A stretch of DNA of 64,000 nucleotides from Actinomycetes bacterium (GTDB taxonomy: Bacteria > Actinomycetota > Actinomycetes > S36-B12 > UBA5976): positions 268 through 64,267 of the forward strand of contig JBAXKB010000004.1 in the NCBI GenBank assembly GCA_037137575.1. The letters run 5' to 3'. The notes beneath the pieces were generated by a model. It had not been told where the DNA came from and made no database searches. It was given only the letters and a program-made list of their open reading frames with translations. Positions 1-10,398 of this stretch are shown piece by piece. A program made the translations under genes and the position numbers. How positions within the stretch are numbered: the first letter of the stretch is position 1; every line of letters starts with the position of its first letter.

Positions 1-2181
1 GTTGTTGGTCTTGTTGATGGTCTTCGCCGAATTGCAACTGCAAAACTTGATAATGATTTTCAAATTATCCCCGGTTCGGCTGTCCCATTTTCTGATTTCA
101 TTGAATTTGCAAATCCTGCTGAACTTGATGAGGTTTCTAAAACTTGGTTTGCCGATCCACGCTATTTCAGATTGAACAATTCTGTCTGGATCATGTGGAA
201 TAACGGGCATGTTGACGGAATCAACAAACAGTTCTTGCTGGAAGTTTCAGCCGACGGGACGCGCCCTATCGGCAAAGCTCGAGAGCTTGTATTGACTGGA
301 GCAAGGCGCAAAACCGAGAAGAACTGGAGTTTCTTTGAAAATTCTGACGGAGTTTTTGCAGTTTATTCGGTAACACCACACCGCATTATTAAGGCCGATT
401 TATCTTCACCACTAGAGATTAAATGCCATCTGGTATCCGAAATCGATTGGTCGTCTAAGTATTCGAAGATCTATGGCGCCTTCCGTGGGGGAGCTGGCCC
501 TATCCGGATCGGTGAGAAATTCCTAAATCTTGCACATTCAAGTTACCTAATGCCAGGAGGCCGGGAGTATGTCCCAGCCGTCTATGAATTTGAAGCACAG
601 CATCCATTCAAACCAACTGATGAGCTGGCCACTCCAATTTTCGTCCCGGATGTGAAACACAAAACGCAGGAAGAAACAGAAGATAGTCTCAACCCGGGAA
701 CAAGCCGCGTGGTCTATCCATCAGGCGCGATTGTTCGTGGAGACGACCTGATTTTCAGTGTTGGAATCAATGATCATGAAATGGGGATTTCGCGAACAAG
801 TCTCAGTTCGGTTAAAGCTGCAAGCCAGGGCGTATCACCCCTGCGAGTTACAGCTTATGACTACACATCTGCTTCTCAGCCAGTTAGCCCGAACCTCGAG
901 ATCCCTGTGGCTCCAAGTGTCCCAGTGTTTTGGTGGGATGCAACCGGGCAGGTGATGACGCAACTCAATCGACACAACAAGTTTGTACACGGTAACTTCG
1001 GTGATGAAGCTTCACATGAATTAATTGACCTGCTTGGTCCAATCAAGGCACGTAAGGTGCGCCCCGGTGACGCCAAACTGTTGGCCATTGGTTCCATTTT
1101 GCATCGTATGGCACCTGGTGATTTGGTTTGGGGATCAGGCATCAAGCATCCAGAAGCATTGGATGCAATCCCTGTCTCAGACGTCGAAATCACTGCAGTT
1201 CGTGGGCCCCTTACTTTGGAAGCGTTACAGCGAAATGGCTGGGATACCTCAGGTATTAAAGAGATGTTTGATCCGGGAGTACTTCTAGCCAAGATCTTCG
1301 AAAAGCAGTTAGCAGCCTACGACCGAGCCAAAAACGATGTTTACGGTCCCGTTCGTTTCATCCCGCATTTTCGCGATGAGTTAGTACTGCGCAGAAATTA
1401 TCCAAACCTTGCAACAAGTTTTTTGACTGTCGATTGTCGTCCATTAGATATGTTGAAACGAATGTTGGGCGCCGAAAAAGTTATTTCTTCCTCGCTTCAT
1501 GGGGTTATTTTTGCCGAGAGTTTGGGCATCCCAGCTGTTTGGCTGGCATCGCCCGGTGGTGAAGGAACTTACAAGTTCTCGGATTACTACGCTTCAACAG
1601 ATCGCGCCCACGTAAAAGTCTGCGAAACCGCAGAAGATGCTCTAAGGGCTACACCACCAGAGTTACCCAAAATGGAGTTTGATAAATGGCAAGCGACATT
1701 CCCAGCAGAGAGTATTGCTCGCCTAGCTAACGTGAATCCATTGCCGACAGCGCAACCATTCCCAGACGCTGATACTTCCTCGCTAACAGGTCTGCATTGG
1801 AGTTCCGAGTTTTCGCGTAACTTGGAAGGTCTTTGGCTACTTGGCCATGACGGGGTAATCGGCCTTGCGCCGATACGAGTGCCCGATGACGCGCAGTCAG
1901 TAACTATAAGTATTCGTCCACGTCGCTTGATCCAGAACCCATCTCACCAAAACATTGATCTACACATGGGGGGATGTACTGCCCGCATTCACTGGGCACC
2001 AAACGACATCTCCATTCGCACAGTCACTTTGACCCCTTCGGTCAGTGAATGGGCCGCAGGCGTGCGAATTCATGTTCGTTACGACGGGGTGGAAATGAAA
2101 CGTAAGTTCCTGCGCGGCGCACCGCAACCCACTCGAAACCTTTGCATCAACAAAGTGGAAGTAAACCGGGCCGAAGACTAA
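1..2181 (+). CDS. 5'-truncated multidomain protein containing a polysaccharide pyruvyl transferase-like domain. The N-terminal and C-terminal domains are of unknown function.
   Basis: Frame 1 is open from base 1 with no stop before the listed TTG at 172, so the gene most likely starts upstream of the window. The central region carries the pyruvyl-transferase family signatures 'HGNFGDEASHELIDLLG' and 'SSLHGVIFAESLGIPAVWL'. The N-terminal part ('EKNWSFFENSDGVFAVYSVTPH') resembles glycosylase or glycosyltransferase beta-sheet domains, but I cannot name the family. Confidence 0.6.
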   Translation, partial: VVGLVDGLRRIATAKLDNDFQIIPGSAVPFSDFIEFANPAELDEVSKTWFADPRYFRLNNSVWIMWNNGHVDGINKQFLLEVSADGTRPIGKARELVLTGARRKTEKNWSFFENSDGVFAVYSVTPHRIIKADLSSPLEIKCHLVSEIDWSSKYSKIYGAFRGGAGPIRIGEKFLNLAHSSYLMPGGREYVPAVYEFEAQHPFKPTDELATPIFVPDVKHKTQEETEDSLNPGTSRVVYPSGAIVRGDDLIFSVGINDHEMGISRTSLSSVKAASQGVSPLRVTAYDYTSASQPVSPNLEIPVAPSVPVFWWDATGQVMTQLNRHNKFVHGNFGDEASHELIDLLGPIKARKVRPGDAKLLAIGSILHRMAPGDLVWGSGIKHPEALDAIPVSDVEITAVRGPLTLEALQRNGWDTSGIKEMFDPGVLLAKIFEKQLAAYDRAKNDVYGPVRFIPHFRDELVLRRNYPNLATSFLTVDCRPLDMLKRMLGAEKVISSSLHGVIFAESLGIPAVWLASPGGEGTYKFSDYYASTDRAHVKVCETAEDALRATPPELPKMEFDKWQATFPAESIARLANVNPLPTAQPFPDADTSSLTGLHWSSEFSRNLEGLWLLGHDGVIGLAPIRVPDDAQSVTISIRPRRLIQNPSHQNIDLHMGGCTARIHWAPNDISIRTVTLTPSVSEWAAGVRIHVRYDGVEMKRKFLRGAPQPTRNLCINKVEVNRAED

Positions 2182-2264
2182 GCGTGCTGAACGTATTCAA
2201 GCTACAGTCTGCCCAAATTGCCCGACTCTTACTTGGTTGAACGGTAAATTACTTATATCGAATT

Positions 2265-2975
2265 ATGAATAGGGCGATAATGACAGCGTTTCGCAAGGCA
2301 CAGATCTTTCTGCTATTGATGCTTATGTCACTAACGACAGTTTTTCCAGCCCAGGCTAAAGGAACTAGCGTAAAGGCAAGTACTCCTATTACTTATCGGC
2401 AAATGGAGTTGCTACTTTCTCATGCTGGATATCCGGTTGGCCATGTGGATGGGTATCTAGACAACGACACAAGACGCGCGCTATGTCTGTGGCGTGATTA
2501 CTCGGGCACTAATGTTTCTCGAAAAATGCCATCAATGCGCGAACGCTTTTTGCTTGCAAAAGTCACTCGACCAAAGGTTCCTGCGCGTCTGGTTACTGGG
2601 TTAAACATCAGTCGCACTTGTCAGGCTGTTACTTGGGTTTCGTTTTCAAATTTAAAACAGGCCAGATATGTCAAAGCGATTTATAAAGCATCAACCGGAC
2701 AACCTGGTTTTGAAACTCGTACTGGTTCTTTTCATGTCTACGCTCAAGTTGATAAATGGATGGAGTCAGATCTTTATCCTGGCGCGATGATGTATCGGCC
2801 AAAGTTTTTCTCAGGTGGGCAAGCGTTTCACGGTTCTTGGAATGATTCACTTGTATTACCGTATCCAGCTTCACATGGCTGTGTTCGCATGCTACACAGT
2901 TCTATTGACTACATGTGGAGCCACGGTGTTGGTATAGGAACGAAAGTTTTGGTTTACGGCGACTGGCACGGTTAG
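2265..2975 (+). CDS. L,D-transpeptidase (YkuD domain) with an N-terminal signal/anchor and a peptidoglycan-binding repeat
   Basis: Hydrophobic N-terminus 'IFLLLMLMSLTTVFPAQA'. PG_binding-like 'GYPVGHVDGYLDNDTRRAL'. Catalytic YkuD motif 'HGSWNDSLVLPYPASHGCVRM' (His ... SHGC[VI]R). Confidence 0.85.
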   Translation: MNRAIMTAFRKAQIFLLLMLMSLTTVFPAQAKGTSVKASTPITYRQMELLLSHAGYPVGHVDGYLDNDTRRALCLWRDYSGTNVSRKMPSMRERFLLAKVTRPKVPARLVTGLNISRTCQAVTWVSFSNLKQARYVKAIYKASTGQPGFETRTGSFHVYAQVDKWMESDLYPGAMMYRPKFFSGGQAFHGSWNDSLVLPYPASHGCVRMLHSSIDYMWSHGVGIGTKVLVYGDWHG

Positions 2976-3035
2976 CCGCGGACCTAAGAAAGATTTACTA
3001 TTTCGGTATCTGAGCTACTTTTGATTCCGCCTAAG

Positions 3036-3578
3036 TTACCAATACCTTGGGTATGCCTCGTCGCGGGTGAGGTTGTTGAATAACAAAGCCACAGCCACTA
3101 ATGCAGTTGCGCCAAAAAATGTTGGAAACAATATTGAGTGCCAACCTGGATGAATATTCGTGTACTGGAAACTCAGGTAGACGATTACTGGGTTCGCGCC
3201 TGCGGGCGGGTGTACCAAGCCAGCAAGCATCATGATCGCAATAGAAATGCCTAAAGCAAGTCCGAGGCTCCACCAGTGTGCGCCGAGCAATTTTGTGACA
3301 ATCAGTCCTATTGCGTAACTAAATGTATGCCCAAGTATCACATTTCGTGGCTGCGCAAATGGTGAATCTGGAAAACCGAAGAGCAAAATACAAGTGCCAC
3401 CAAATGAGCCCATGATCAACAGAGCGTTGGGCGAATTTGATCCCGCAGCAATAACACCGATGGCAATAAAAGCACCCAAGGCTGAAAGCAGGATGTGTTT
3501 GGTGGAAGCTCGAGCAGGCATGCTGGTTTGTTGTCCGCGTAGTTTGGTCTTTAGGTTTGCCATTGGGTTGTTTGTCAT
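3036..3578 (-). CDS. HPP family membrane protein
   Basis: Multi-pass hydrophobic protein carrying the family-defining 'VHPPAGANP' motif. Confidence 0.75.
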   Translation of the reverse strand: MTNNPMANLKTKLRGQQTSMPARASTKHILLSALGAFIAIGVIAAGSNSPNALLIMGSFGGTCILLFGFPDSPFAQPRNVILGHTFSYAIGLIVTKLLGAHWWSLGLALGISIAIMMLAGLVHPPAGANPVIVYLSFQYTNIHPGWHSILFPTFFGATALVAVALLFNNLTRDEAYPRYW

Positions 3579-3585
3579 TTGCGAT

Positions 3586-3999
3586 TTATTCCGCAGGAAG
3601 TAATTCTGAAATTAGAACTTCGATGCGTGATTTAATTTCATCTCGAATCGGGCGAACTGCATCAACACCTTGACCCGCTGGGTCTTCTAGTTTCCAATCT
3701 TCGTATCGCTTGCCTGGGAAAATCGGGCAGACATCGCCACAACCCATTGTGATTACAACATCAGAGACTTGGACTGACTCAGTAGTCAGGATTTTTGGCT
3801 GCTCGGCAGAAATATCAATGCCCAGTTCTTGCATCGCAGCAACAACAGATGGGTTGATCGAATTGGCAGGAGCAGAACCAGCAGAAAGCACTTCAATTTT
3901 TCCGCCACTTAGTTCGCGCAAAAAGCCAGCAGCCATTTGAGAGCGGCCCGCGTTGTGCACACATACAAAAAGCACACTTGGTTTTTCAGACATTGCCAT
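3586..3999 (-). CDS. arsC: Arsenate reductase, LMW-PTP/thioredoxin-coupled type
   Basis: P-loop 'VLFVCVHNAGRSQMA' (CX5R) plus downstream 'MGCGDVCP' cysteines typical of thioredoxin-coupled ArsC. Lies 7 nt upstream of the HPP gene on the same strand. Confidence 0.8.
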   Translation of the reverse strand: MAMSEKPSVLFVCVHNAGRSQMAAGFLRELSGGKIEVLSAGSAPANSINPSVVAAMQELGIDISAEQPKILTTESVQVSDVVITMGCGDVCPIFPGKRYEDWKLEDPAGQGVDAVRPIRDEIKSRIEVLISELLPAE

Positions 4000-4116
4000 T
4001 TTCCATTCGCTAGATTTGGGACAAGTTTACTTAACCTCAGTTACCACTTGGTGCCCAAAGGTAGCCAATGCAAAAGTGTTGAGAATCGCCTAGGGTAAAG
4101 GCATAACTTTGCAAGG

Positions 4117-5034
4117 ATGTTCATGACGAATCGACTACAAAATGCGCTGGGCACTAGGTTTCGCCGAATCATTACGAGCGATCCCACTGGTGTCCCACCT
4201 TGGCTTGGCCAGATCTCTGCAGGCGACGATGCTGGTCTTTTCCAGCCAGCTGATGCGCCGTGGGTTGTGCATGGCGACCTCAGCACGTTAATAGGTGGAA
4301 TTCGAGCCCTATTAATACAGGCGCTCCATCCGGGCAGCATGGCGGGCGTTGCTCAGCACTCTCGCTATGAAACCGATCCGTTAGGTCGGCTAGCTGGCAC
4401 AACCAAGTGGCTAACAATTTTGACCTTTGGTGGGATGCACGCAATCGAAGTTGAATCTAGTCGAGTGAATGAAATGCATAAACGCGTTGCTGGATCGTTC
4501 ACTGCCTCCGATGGTTCACAAACGCAGTACCGCGCAACAGATCCGAAACTATTGCAGTGGGTGCATGTCGCATTTACCGATTCGTTCTTACGTACGTTTC
4601 AGATGTATTCACCAGAGCGTCAGCTAGATATTGCTGATGAGTATGTTGAAAAATGGGCGCAGGCCGTAACCTATCTAGGGTTACCTTCTGGGCCAAAATC
4701 TGAAAAACAATTACAAGATGTTATGCATGGCTATTTCGAATCGGGAGAGTTACAAGTTACCGAGCAAACAAAACGAGTTATTGCCTTCATTAAGCGTCCG
4801 CCGCTTTCCCGCACAGCGCTTTTGGTTTACGGATTCTTATTTCAAGCCGCACTGGTTTCTATCCCAAGCCCTTACCAAGAGATGCTGGCGCTTAAGGCTC
4901 GACCAAAGTGGCTGGTCGTCCCCGTTGCAAGGGTACTAATGAAGTTGATGCAGTTGGCGATAGGGTCACACTCACCACTCGAAGAAGCCGCAATTGACCG
5001 TCTGACTCGCATTGGTGCAATCAGTTCTAACTAG
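4117..5034 (+). CDS. DUF2236 / MpaB-like oxygenase family protein
   Basis: The block 'IRALLIQALHPGSMAGVAQHSRYETDPLGRLAGTTKWL' matches the conserved core of the ER-bound oxygenase MpaB / DUF2236 family as I recall it. Confidence 0.6.
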   Translation: MFMTNRLQNALGTRFRRIITSDPTGVPPWLGQISAGDDAGLFQPADAPWVVHGDLSTLIGGIRALLIQALHPGSMAGVAQHSRYETDPLGRLAGTTKWLTILTFGGMHAIEVESSRVNEMHKRVAGSFTASDGSQTQYRATDPKLLQWVHVAFTDSFLRTFQMYSPERQLDIADEYVEKWAQAVTYLGLPSGPKSEKQLQDVMHGYFESGELQVTEQTKRVIAFIKRPPLSRTALLVYGFLFQAALVSIPSPYQEMLALKARPKWLVVPVARVLMKLMQLAIGSHSPLEEAAIDRLTRIGAISSN

Positions 5035-5070
5035 TCGCGAATGTCACAGCGATTGCAACTAAGTATTCAG

Positions 5071-5589
5071 TCACAGCGCTGCATGTTCATGAGCAAGAAG
5101 TTGTTCTTTAAGCGCAACGCCATAACCGTAACCGCCAATCGTGCCGTCAGACTTGATCACGCGATGGCAAGGGACAATTGGTGCAATTAAGTTTGCGGCA
5201 CACGCAGTTGCAGCAGCTCGAACCGCTGACTTACTCGATGTTTTCTGCGCGAGTAAGGCGTAACTCATTGTTTGGCCAGGCTTTATCGAGCGCATCGCTT
5301 TCCAACATTCTTGCCGAAATTTTGTACCAACTTGCTGAACCGATATTTTGTTCAATGCGCCAAGATCGCCGGCTACCCACTGTTCAATTAGGTGAGTTAT
5401 TTCTTTTGGCGCTTTACTCGGCTTTACTTCCGTTAAATCGAGCGTGGCTAACACTCGGCTGATCAAAGTCTCTGTTGGGCCAAATCCACATCCGATAACT
5501 TCGGTGGTGTCCCCAGCAACAGTGAGCAGTGTAATTTTTCCAAAAGGTGACTGGATAACTGAGTAGCTGGATTTCGTAAGGGCCGACAT
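5071..5589 (-). CDS. ogt: Methylated-DNA--protein-cysteine methyltransferase
   Basis: Active-site 'IVPCHRVIKSDGTIGGYGYG' (PCHRV motif). Confidence 0.9.
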   Translation of the reverse strand: MSALTKSSYSVIQSPFGKITLLTVAGDTTEVIGCGFGPTETLISRVLATLDLTEVKPSKAPKEITHLIEQWVAGDLGALNKISVQQVGTKFRQECWKAMRSIKPGQTMSYALLAQKTSSKSAVRAAATACAANLIAPIVPCHRVIKSDGTIGGYGYGVALKEQLLAHEHAAL

Positions 5590-5591
5590 TC

Positions 5592-6746
5592 TTATCTCTG
5601 ACCCTGGAAAATCTTTGCAGTCCGGACGATGGCTTCAGTAATAATCTCTGGGCTTGTTGCAAAGTTGAGTCGCACATGGCCTCGACCTGTTGATCCAAAT
5701 ATTGTGCCCTCGCTGAATGCCACTTTTGCTAACTCAAGGATTTGGGCGGCAGGATTATCTGGTTGGTATGCAGACAGGTCAATCCAGGCTAAGTAGGTCG
5801 CATCCGGAACCCGGTATCTAGCTTCCGGCAGGTTTTCACTTAGTAGTTTGCCCACCAGTTTGCGATTCTCATCTAGCAGTGCCAGGGCACTTGCTAGCCA
5901 GTCTTCGCCTTCGTTGTATGCGGCCACACTGGCCCATGCGCCCAAGAGTGAAGACCCCATAGCGGTGATCTCTGGCAAGGTAGCAATTGTTCGAGCACGT
6001 GAGTCATCAGCAGTAATTATTTGAGCGCATTTCAAACCAGCTAGGTTCCAAGCTTTGCTAGCTGAGGTTACAACTACGCCAGTCCTTCTTGCCTGCTCGT
6101 TAACGCTTAGGTAAGGAGTGAATGATTTAGCGTATACAAGCGGAGAGTGAATTTCGTCGCTTAAAATTAAGACCCCATGTTCATCGGCAAGATCAGCTAA
6201 GTGGGTAAGTTCTAACCTGCTTGGCACATAGCCAACGGGGTTGTGTGGGTTGCAAAGTATGTAAGCCTTGAGTCCATCGGCGAAAGCTTTCTCAAGGCCG
6301 CCAAGATCTAGCGACCAGACTCCTTCGGTGTCGCACAAAAGTGGAATATCAAGCACCTGGCCGGCCGCGGCAGTTATCCAACTCGGCATGTTGTTGTAAT
6401 TGGGACTGCTTAGCCCAATTTGGTCACCGGGGTTTGCGAACTTGCCTAACACTTGGACACTGGCAAGAGCCACATCGGTGCTGAGGAAAAATTGACTTGG
6501 GTCAACCGCCCAATCCCAGTTGCGGGCGGCAAAGTTAGTAAATGCATCGGCAAGTTCCGGGACTATGCTGCTGTAGCCCAAATCGGAGGCATCAATCATC
6601 TCGTGCAATGTTCGCTTTATTGGTTCTGCTACTGGCAGATCCATCTCCGCTACGAATAATGGAAGCACATCTGGCGGGTAAGTGCGCCATTTCTTGCTCC
6701 GGCGCTTATGCAGTGCCTCAAGCGAATCGATGTTTATTTTCTGCAC
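5592..6746 (-). CDS. PLP-dependent class I/II aminotransferase, MalY/PatB-like C-S lyase
   Basis: Contains 'ILCNPHNPVG' and the PLP-lysine region 'TSASKAWNLAGLKCA', both typical of PatB/MalY cystathionine beta-lyase-like enzymes. Confidence 0.8.
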   Translation of the reverse strand: MQKINIDSLEALHKRRSKKWRTYPPDVLPLFVAEMDLPVAEPIKRTLHEMIDASDLGYSSIVPELADAFTNFAARNWDWAVDPSQFFLSTDVALASVQVLGKFANPGDQIGLSSPNYNNMPSWITAAAGQVLDIPLLCDTEGVWSLDLGGLEKAFADGLKAYILCNPHNPVGYVPSRLELTHLADLADEHGVLILSDEIHSPLVYAKSFTPYLSVNEQARRTGVVVTSASKAWNLAGLKCAQIITADDSRARTIATLPEITAMGSSLLGAWASVAAYNEGEDWLASALALLDENRKLVGKLLSENLPEARYRVPDATYLAWIDLSAYQPDNPAAQILELAKVAFSEGTIFGSTGRGHVRLNFATSPEIITEAIVRTAKIFQGQR

Positions 6747-6889
6747 ATATCAACAGTAGCGAGGGGGTTACTACCTTGGTTGGCTCATTGTCTTGAATTC
6801 CTAGGGTTCCTAGGAACAGGTGACCAAACTGGCCGGGCCATAGGAGAGCGGGAATAAATATGTCCCTGACTTGGGTTATGCTTAATGTA

Positions 6890-6910
6890 CTTGAGCCAAT
6901 GCGACTCAGG
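6890..6910. promoter_or_regulatory. HAIR (HspR-associated inverted repeat) operator upstream of dnaK
   Basis: CTTGAGC-N7-ACTCAGG against the consensus CTTGAGT-N7-ACTCAAG. It lies about 80 nt upstream of the dnaK ATG, and hspR is the last gene of the operon. Confidence 0.75.
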
Positions 6911-6988
6911 TTATCTGATACGAACCGTCTCAGATAACTAAAAAGCGCGGTAACTTAAGGTTAAGCCCAATTTGGAGGAAATTACATT

Positions 6989-8806
6989 ATGTCTCGTGCC
7001 GTAGGTATCGATTTAGGAACCACAAACTCAGTGGTTAGCGTTCTAGAAGGTGGCGAAGCTACCGTTATCGCAAACGCAGAAGGTTCACGCACCACACCAA
7101 GTGTCGTGGCGTTCGCAAAAAATGGTGAAGTGCTTGTTGGCGAAGTCGCCAAGCGCCAAGCCGTAACAAACATTGATCGCACGATCCGTTCGGTCAAGCG
7201 TCACATGGGTGACACTTCTTGGGCTATCGACATCGATGGCAAGAAGTACAACGCGCAGGAAATTAGTGCACGTATTTTGCAGAAGTTAAAGCGTGATGCG
7301 GAAGCTTACTTAGGTGAAACAGTAACTGATGCAGTTATTACTGTGCCGGCATACTTCAACGATGCAGAGCGTCAGGCAACTAAAGATGCCGGACAGATTG
7401 CTGGGCTAAATGTTTTGCGTATTGTTAACGAGCCAACAGCTGCAGCACTTGCCTACGGTTTAGATAAGGGCGAGCGCGATCAAACAATTTTGGTGTTTGA
7501 CCTTGGTGGCGGAACTTTCGATGTTTCCTTGCTTGAAATCGGTGAAGGCATTGTTGAAGTTAAAGCAACAAGTGGCGATAACAAACTTGGTGGCGACGAT
7601 TGGGATCAGCACATTGTTGATCACCTAGTCAAGGCATTCAAGAATGCAAACGGAGTTGATCTTTCTACAGACAAAGTTGCATTGCAGCGTCTGCGTGAAG
7701 CGGCAGAAAAAGCCAAGATTGAACTGTCACAGTCGATGTCTGCAAGCATCAATCTTCCGTACATCACCGCATCAGATGCCGGACCACTACACCTTGATGA
7801 AACGCTAACGCGCGCACAGTTCCAGCAGATGACTGCTGACCTTCTTGCCCGCACCAAAGCTCCATTCGCTGCAGTAATAAAAGACGCTGGCATCAAAGTT
7901 GGCGACATAGATCATGTAGTGCTTGTCGGTGGTTCAACCCGTATGCCTGCAGTTACTGATCTAGTTAAAGAGCTAACAGGTGGCAGGGAACCAAATAAGG
8001 GCGTAAACCCTGATGAAGTTGTTGCTGTTGGCGCTGCGTTACAGGCTGGCGTACTTCGTGGTGAAGTCAAAGATGTTCTGTTGCTTGATGTCACCCCATT
8101 AACTCTTGGTATTGAAACCAAGGGTGGCGTGATGGCCAAAATGATTGAACGCAATACAACCATCCCAACCAAGCGCTCTGAAAAGTTCACAACAGCTGAA
8201 GACAACCAGCCATCTGTACTCATCCAGGTATTCCAGGGCGAACGTGAAATGGCTGCTTACAACAAGAAGCTCGGCACTTTCGAACTAACTGGCTTGCCGC
8301 CAGCTCCTCGTGGTGTACCGCAGATTGAAGTGACTTTCGACATTGATGCCAACGGTATTGTCCATGTTTCGGCCAAAGACCTAGGCACCGGTAAAGAACA
8401 GTCAATGACTATTACTGGCGGTTCAGCTTTGTCGAAGGAAGAAATCGATCGCATGATGGCTGATGCTGAAGCACACGCAGCTGAAGATGCAACCCGTCGT
8501 GAAGAAGCTGAAATCTTGAACCAGGCAGACTCGCTTGTATTCACGACTGAGAAGTTCATGGCAGAAAATGACGACAAACTGCCAGACGATGCAAAAGCAA
8601 ATGTGACAGCACCGCTTGAAGAGTTGAAGAAAGCACTTGAAGCCAAAGATTTCGATGCAATCAAGGACGGCATTGAAAAGGTTGCTACTGCTAGCCAGGC
8701 ACTAGGAGCTGCGCTTTACGAAACGCAGCAAACCGAAGAAGTACAGCCTGATGCTGATGACGATGTCGTTGATGCTGAAATCATTGACGAAGAAGACAAA
8801 GCATGA
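6989..8806 (+). CDS. dnaK: Molecular chaperone DnaK (Hsp70)
   Basis: '[11 protein letters not shown]', '[10 protein letters not shown]' and '[12 protein letters not shown]'. Full-length Hsp70 preceded by a GGAGGA RBS. Confidence 0.99.
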   Translation: MSRAVGIDLGTTNSVVSVLEGGEATVIANAEGSRTTPSVVAFAKNGEVLVGEVAKRQAVTNIDRTIRSVKRHMGDTSWAIDIDGKKYNAQEISARILQKLKRDAEAYLGETVTDAVITVPAYFNDAERQATKDAGQIAGLNVLRIVNEPTAAALAYGLDKGERDQTILVFDLGGGTFDVSLLEIGEGIVEVKATSGDNKLGGDDWDQHIVDHLVKAFKNANGVDLSTDKVALQRLREAAEKAKIELSQSMSASINLPYITASDAGPLHLDETLTRAQFQQMTADLLARTKAPFAAVIKDAGIKVGDIDHVVLVGGSTRMPAVTDLVKELTGGREPNKGVNPDEVVAVGAALQAGVLRGEVKDVLLLDVTPLTLGIETKGGVMAKMIERNTTIPTKRSEKFTTAEDNQPSVLIQVFQGEREMAAYNKKLGTFELTGLPPAPRGVPQIEVTFDIDANGIVHVSAKDLGTGKEQSMTITGGSALSKEEIDRMMADAEAHAAEDATRREEAEILNQADSLVFTTEKFMAENDDKLPDDAKANVTAPLEELKKALEAKDFDAIKDGIEKVATASQALGAALYETQQTEEVQPDADDDVVDAEIIDEEDKA

Positions 8807-9351
8807 GCGAGTCTGACGAAGGTATCAAAATTACGGACAACCGTAAGTTAGATCCCGAAACTGGTGAACCTCGAGTCTCGGGTGCTGATGATGCAGCGCC
8901 CGAGACCACACCAGTTGAATTAGAGAACGTAACTGATCCAATTGCTGAATTAACTGCAGATCTGCAGCGCGTACAGGCTGAGTTTTCTAACTACCGCAAA
9001 CGGGTGGAACGCGACCGTGAAGCAGTTCGTGATGCAGTTATTGCAAAGACCCTAAGCGAGTTACTTCCAGTACTTGATGATATCGGTCGTGCTCGAGCAC
9101 ATGGTGAACTCGAAGGTGGATTTAAATCAGTCGGCGAAGCGCTCGAGGCTACTGTTGTTCGCTTGGGGTTAACTCCATTTGGTCAGCCTGGTGATGAATT
9201 CGATCCGATGCGTCATGAAGCGATTGCACACGAACACAGCGCTGATGTGCAAACTTCAACTTGTGTTGCAGTGTTTCAGCCGGGCTATGAATTTGCTGGT
9301 CAAGTAATTCGCGCAGCAATTGTTAGTGTTGCTGATCCAGCGGCCGAGTAA
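8803..9351 (+). CDS. grpE: Nucleotide exchange factor GrpE
   Basis: ATGA overlap with the dnaK stop. '[18 protein letters not shown]' is the typical GrpE helix. Confidence 0.95.
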   Translation: MSESDEGIKITDNRKLDPETGEPRVSGADDAAPETTPVELENVTDPIAELTADLQRVQAEFSNYRKRVERDREAVRDAVIAKTLSELLPVLDDIGRARAHGELEGGFKSVGEALEATVVRLGLTPFGQPGDEFDPMRHEAIAHEHSADVQTSTCVAVFQPGYEFAGQVIRAAIVSVADPAAE

Positions 9352-9387
9352 AAGTTAGACAACTTTAATTGCGCTAAGGAGGTGCTT

Positions 9388-10398
9388 ATGAGTACGCAGG
9401 ATTACTTTGAGAAGGACTACTACAAAACTTTAGGCATCGCTAAAACCGCCGACGCAGCGCAAATCAAAAAGGCATATCGCGCCCTAGCCAAAGATTTACA
9501 TCCAGATAAAAATCCAGATGATCCAAAAGCTGAAGATAAATTTAAAGAAGTTTCGCAGGCTTACGAAGTTTTAAGTGATGCTAAGTCGCGCGCCGAGTAC
9601 GACGAAATTCGAACTATGGTCGCAAATGGCGGCGGGCGTCCAGGTGGCTTTGGTGGGCCAAGTGGTTTTGGTGGTCGCGGTGGTCAGAGCATAAATATTG
9701 AAGACCTAATGGGCAACGGTGGTGGCTTTGGTGGGCTTGGCGATGTCTTCGGGGGCATTTTTGGCGGCGGCGGGCGTGCCCCACAACCGGGAACAGATTT
9801 TGAAACCGCCACAACTATCACTTTTGATACGGCGATGCGCGGTGGGGCAGTTTCGGTACGCGGATCCAATGGCTCCATCAATGCCCGAATTCCTGCTGGA
9901 GTAGCCAACGGCGCTCGGATCCGGTTGAAAGGTAAAGGTGGTCCTGGCCAACCGGGCGCACCTAGTGGCGATTTGTATGTGGTGGTTAAAGTGCAGAAAC
10001 ATCCAGTTTTTGGTCACGATGGCAAATCCTTAACGGTTACGGTGCCAATCACAATCACTGAAGCAGCCCTTGGTGGTCAAGTGAAAGTTCCAACACTTGA
10101 TGGCACAACTGTGACTTTGAAGATCACTGCAGGTACCAAGTCGGGAACCAAAGTGCGAGCGCGTGGCAAAGGCGTAACTCACACTGATGGTAAAGCCAGT
10201 GACTTAGTCGTAACTTTAGAAATTGTTACGCCAGCGGAATTAACCGACCAAGCCAAAGCAGCTCTTAGCGCTTTCGCCGAGGCTACAACCGATTTTGATC
10301 CGCGCGCTGATTTAATGAAGCAGGCTGGAATTATTGAGGCTGCACCGAAGTCTGGCCAAAAGTCAGCCGAGAAGAGTACGCAAGCGAGTGCATCATGA
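9388..10398 (+). CDS. dnaJ: J-domain co-chaperone, class B / CbpA-like (no zinc-finger domain)
   Basis: J-domain 'DYYKTLGI...LHPDKNP', a G/F-rich linker, then C-terminal beta-domains. The protein contains no cysteine at all. The ATG at 9388 sits 5 nt after an AAGGAGG RBS. The track start at 9382 (GTG) lies inside that RBS. Confidence 0.9.
   Translation: MSTQDYFEKDYYKTLGIAKTADAAQIKKAYRALAKDLHPDKNPDDPKAEDKFKEVSQAYEVLSDAKSRAEYDEIRTMVANGGGRPGGFGGPSGFGGRGGQSINIEDLMGNGGGFGGLGDVFGGIFGGGGRAPQPGTDFETATTITFDTAMRGGAVSVRGSNGSINARIPAGVANGARIRLKGKGGPGQPGAPSGDLYVVVKVQKHPVFGHDGKSLTVTVPITITEAALGGQVKVPTLDGTTVTLKITAGTKSGTKVRARGKGVTHTDGKASDLVVTLEIVTPAELTDQAKAALSAFAEATTDFDPRADLMKQAGIIEAAPKSGQKSAEKSTQASAS

Noticed and set aside
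3586-3999. arsC as part of an arsenic-resistance island.
   Set aside because: There is no arsR, arsB/ACR3 or arsA nearby. The neighbours are an HPP membrane protein and housekeeping genes, so this is just a stand-alone LMW-PTP-type reductase.
7621-8673. Several antisense ORFs of 60-138 aa inside dnaK (7621..7908, 7912..8223, 8257..8673 on the minus strand, and others).
   Set aside because: They lie entirely within a very well-supported Hsp70 coding sequence. Their Ser/Ala/Arg-rich composition is typical of shadow frames in coding DNA.
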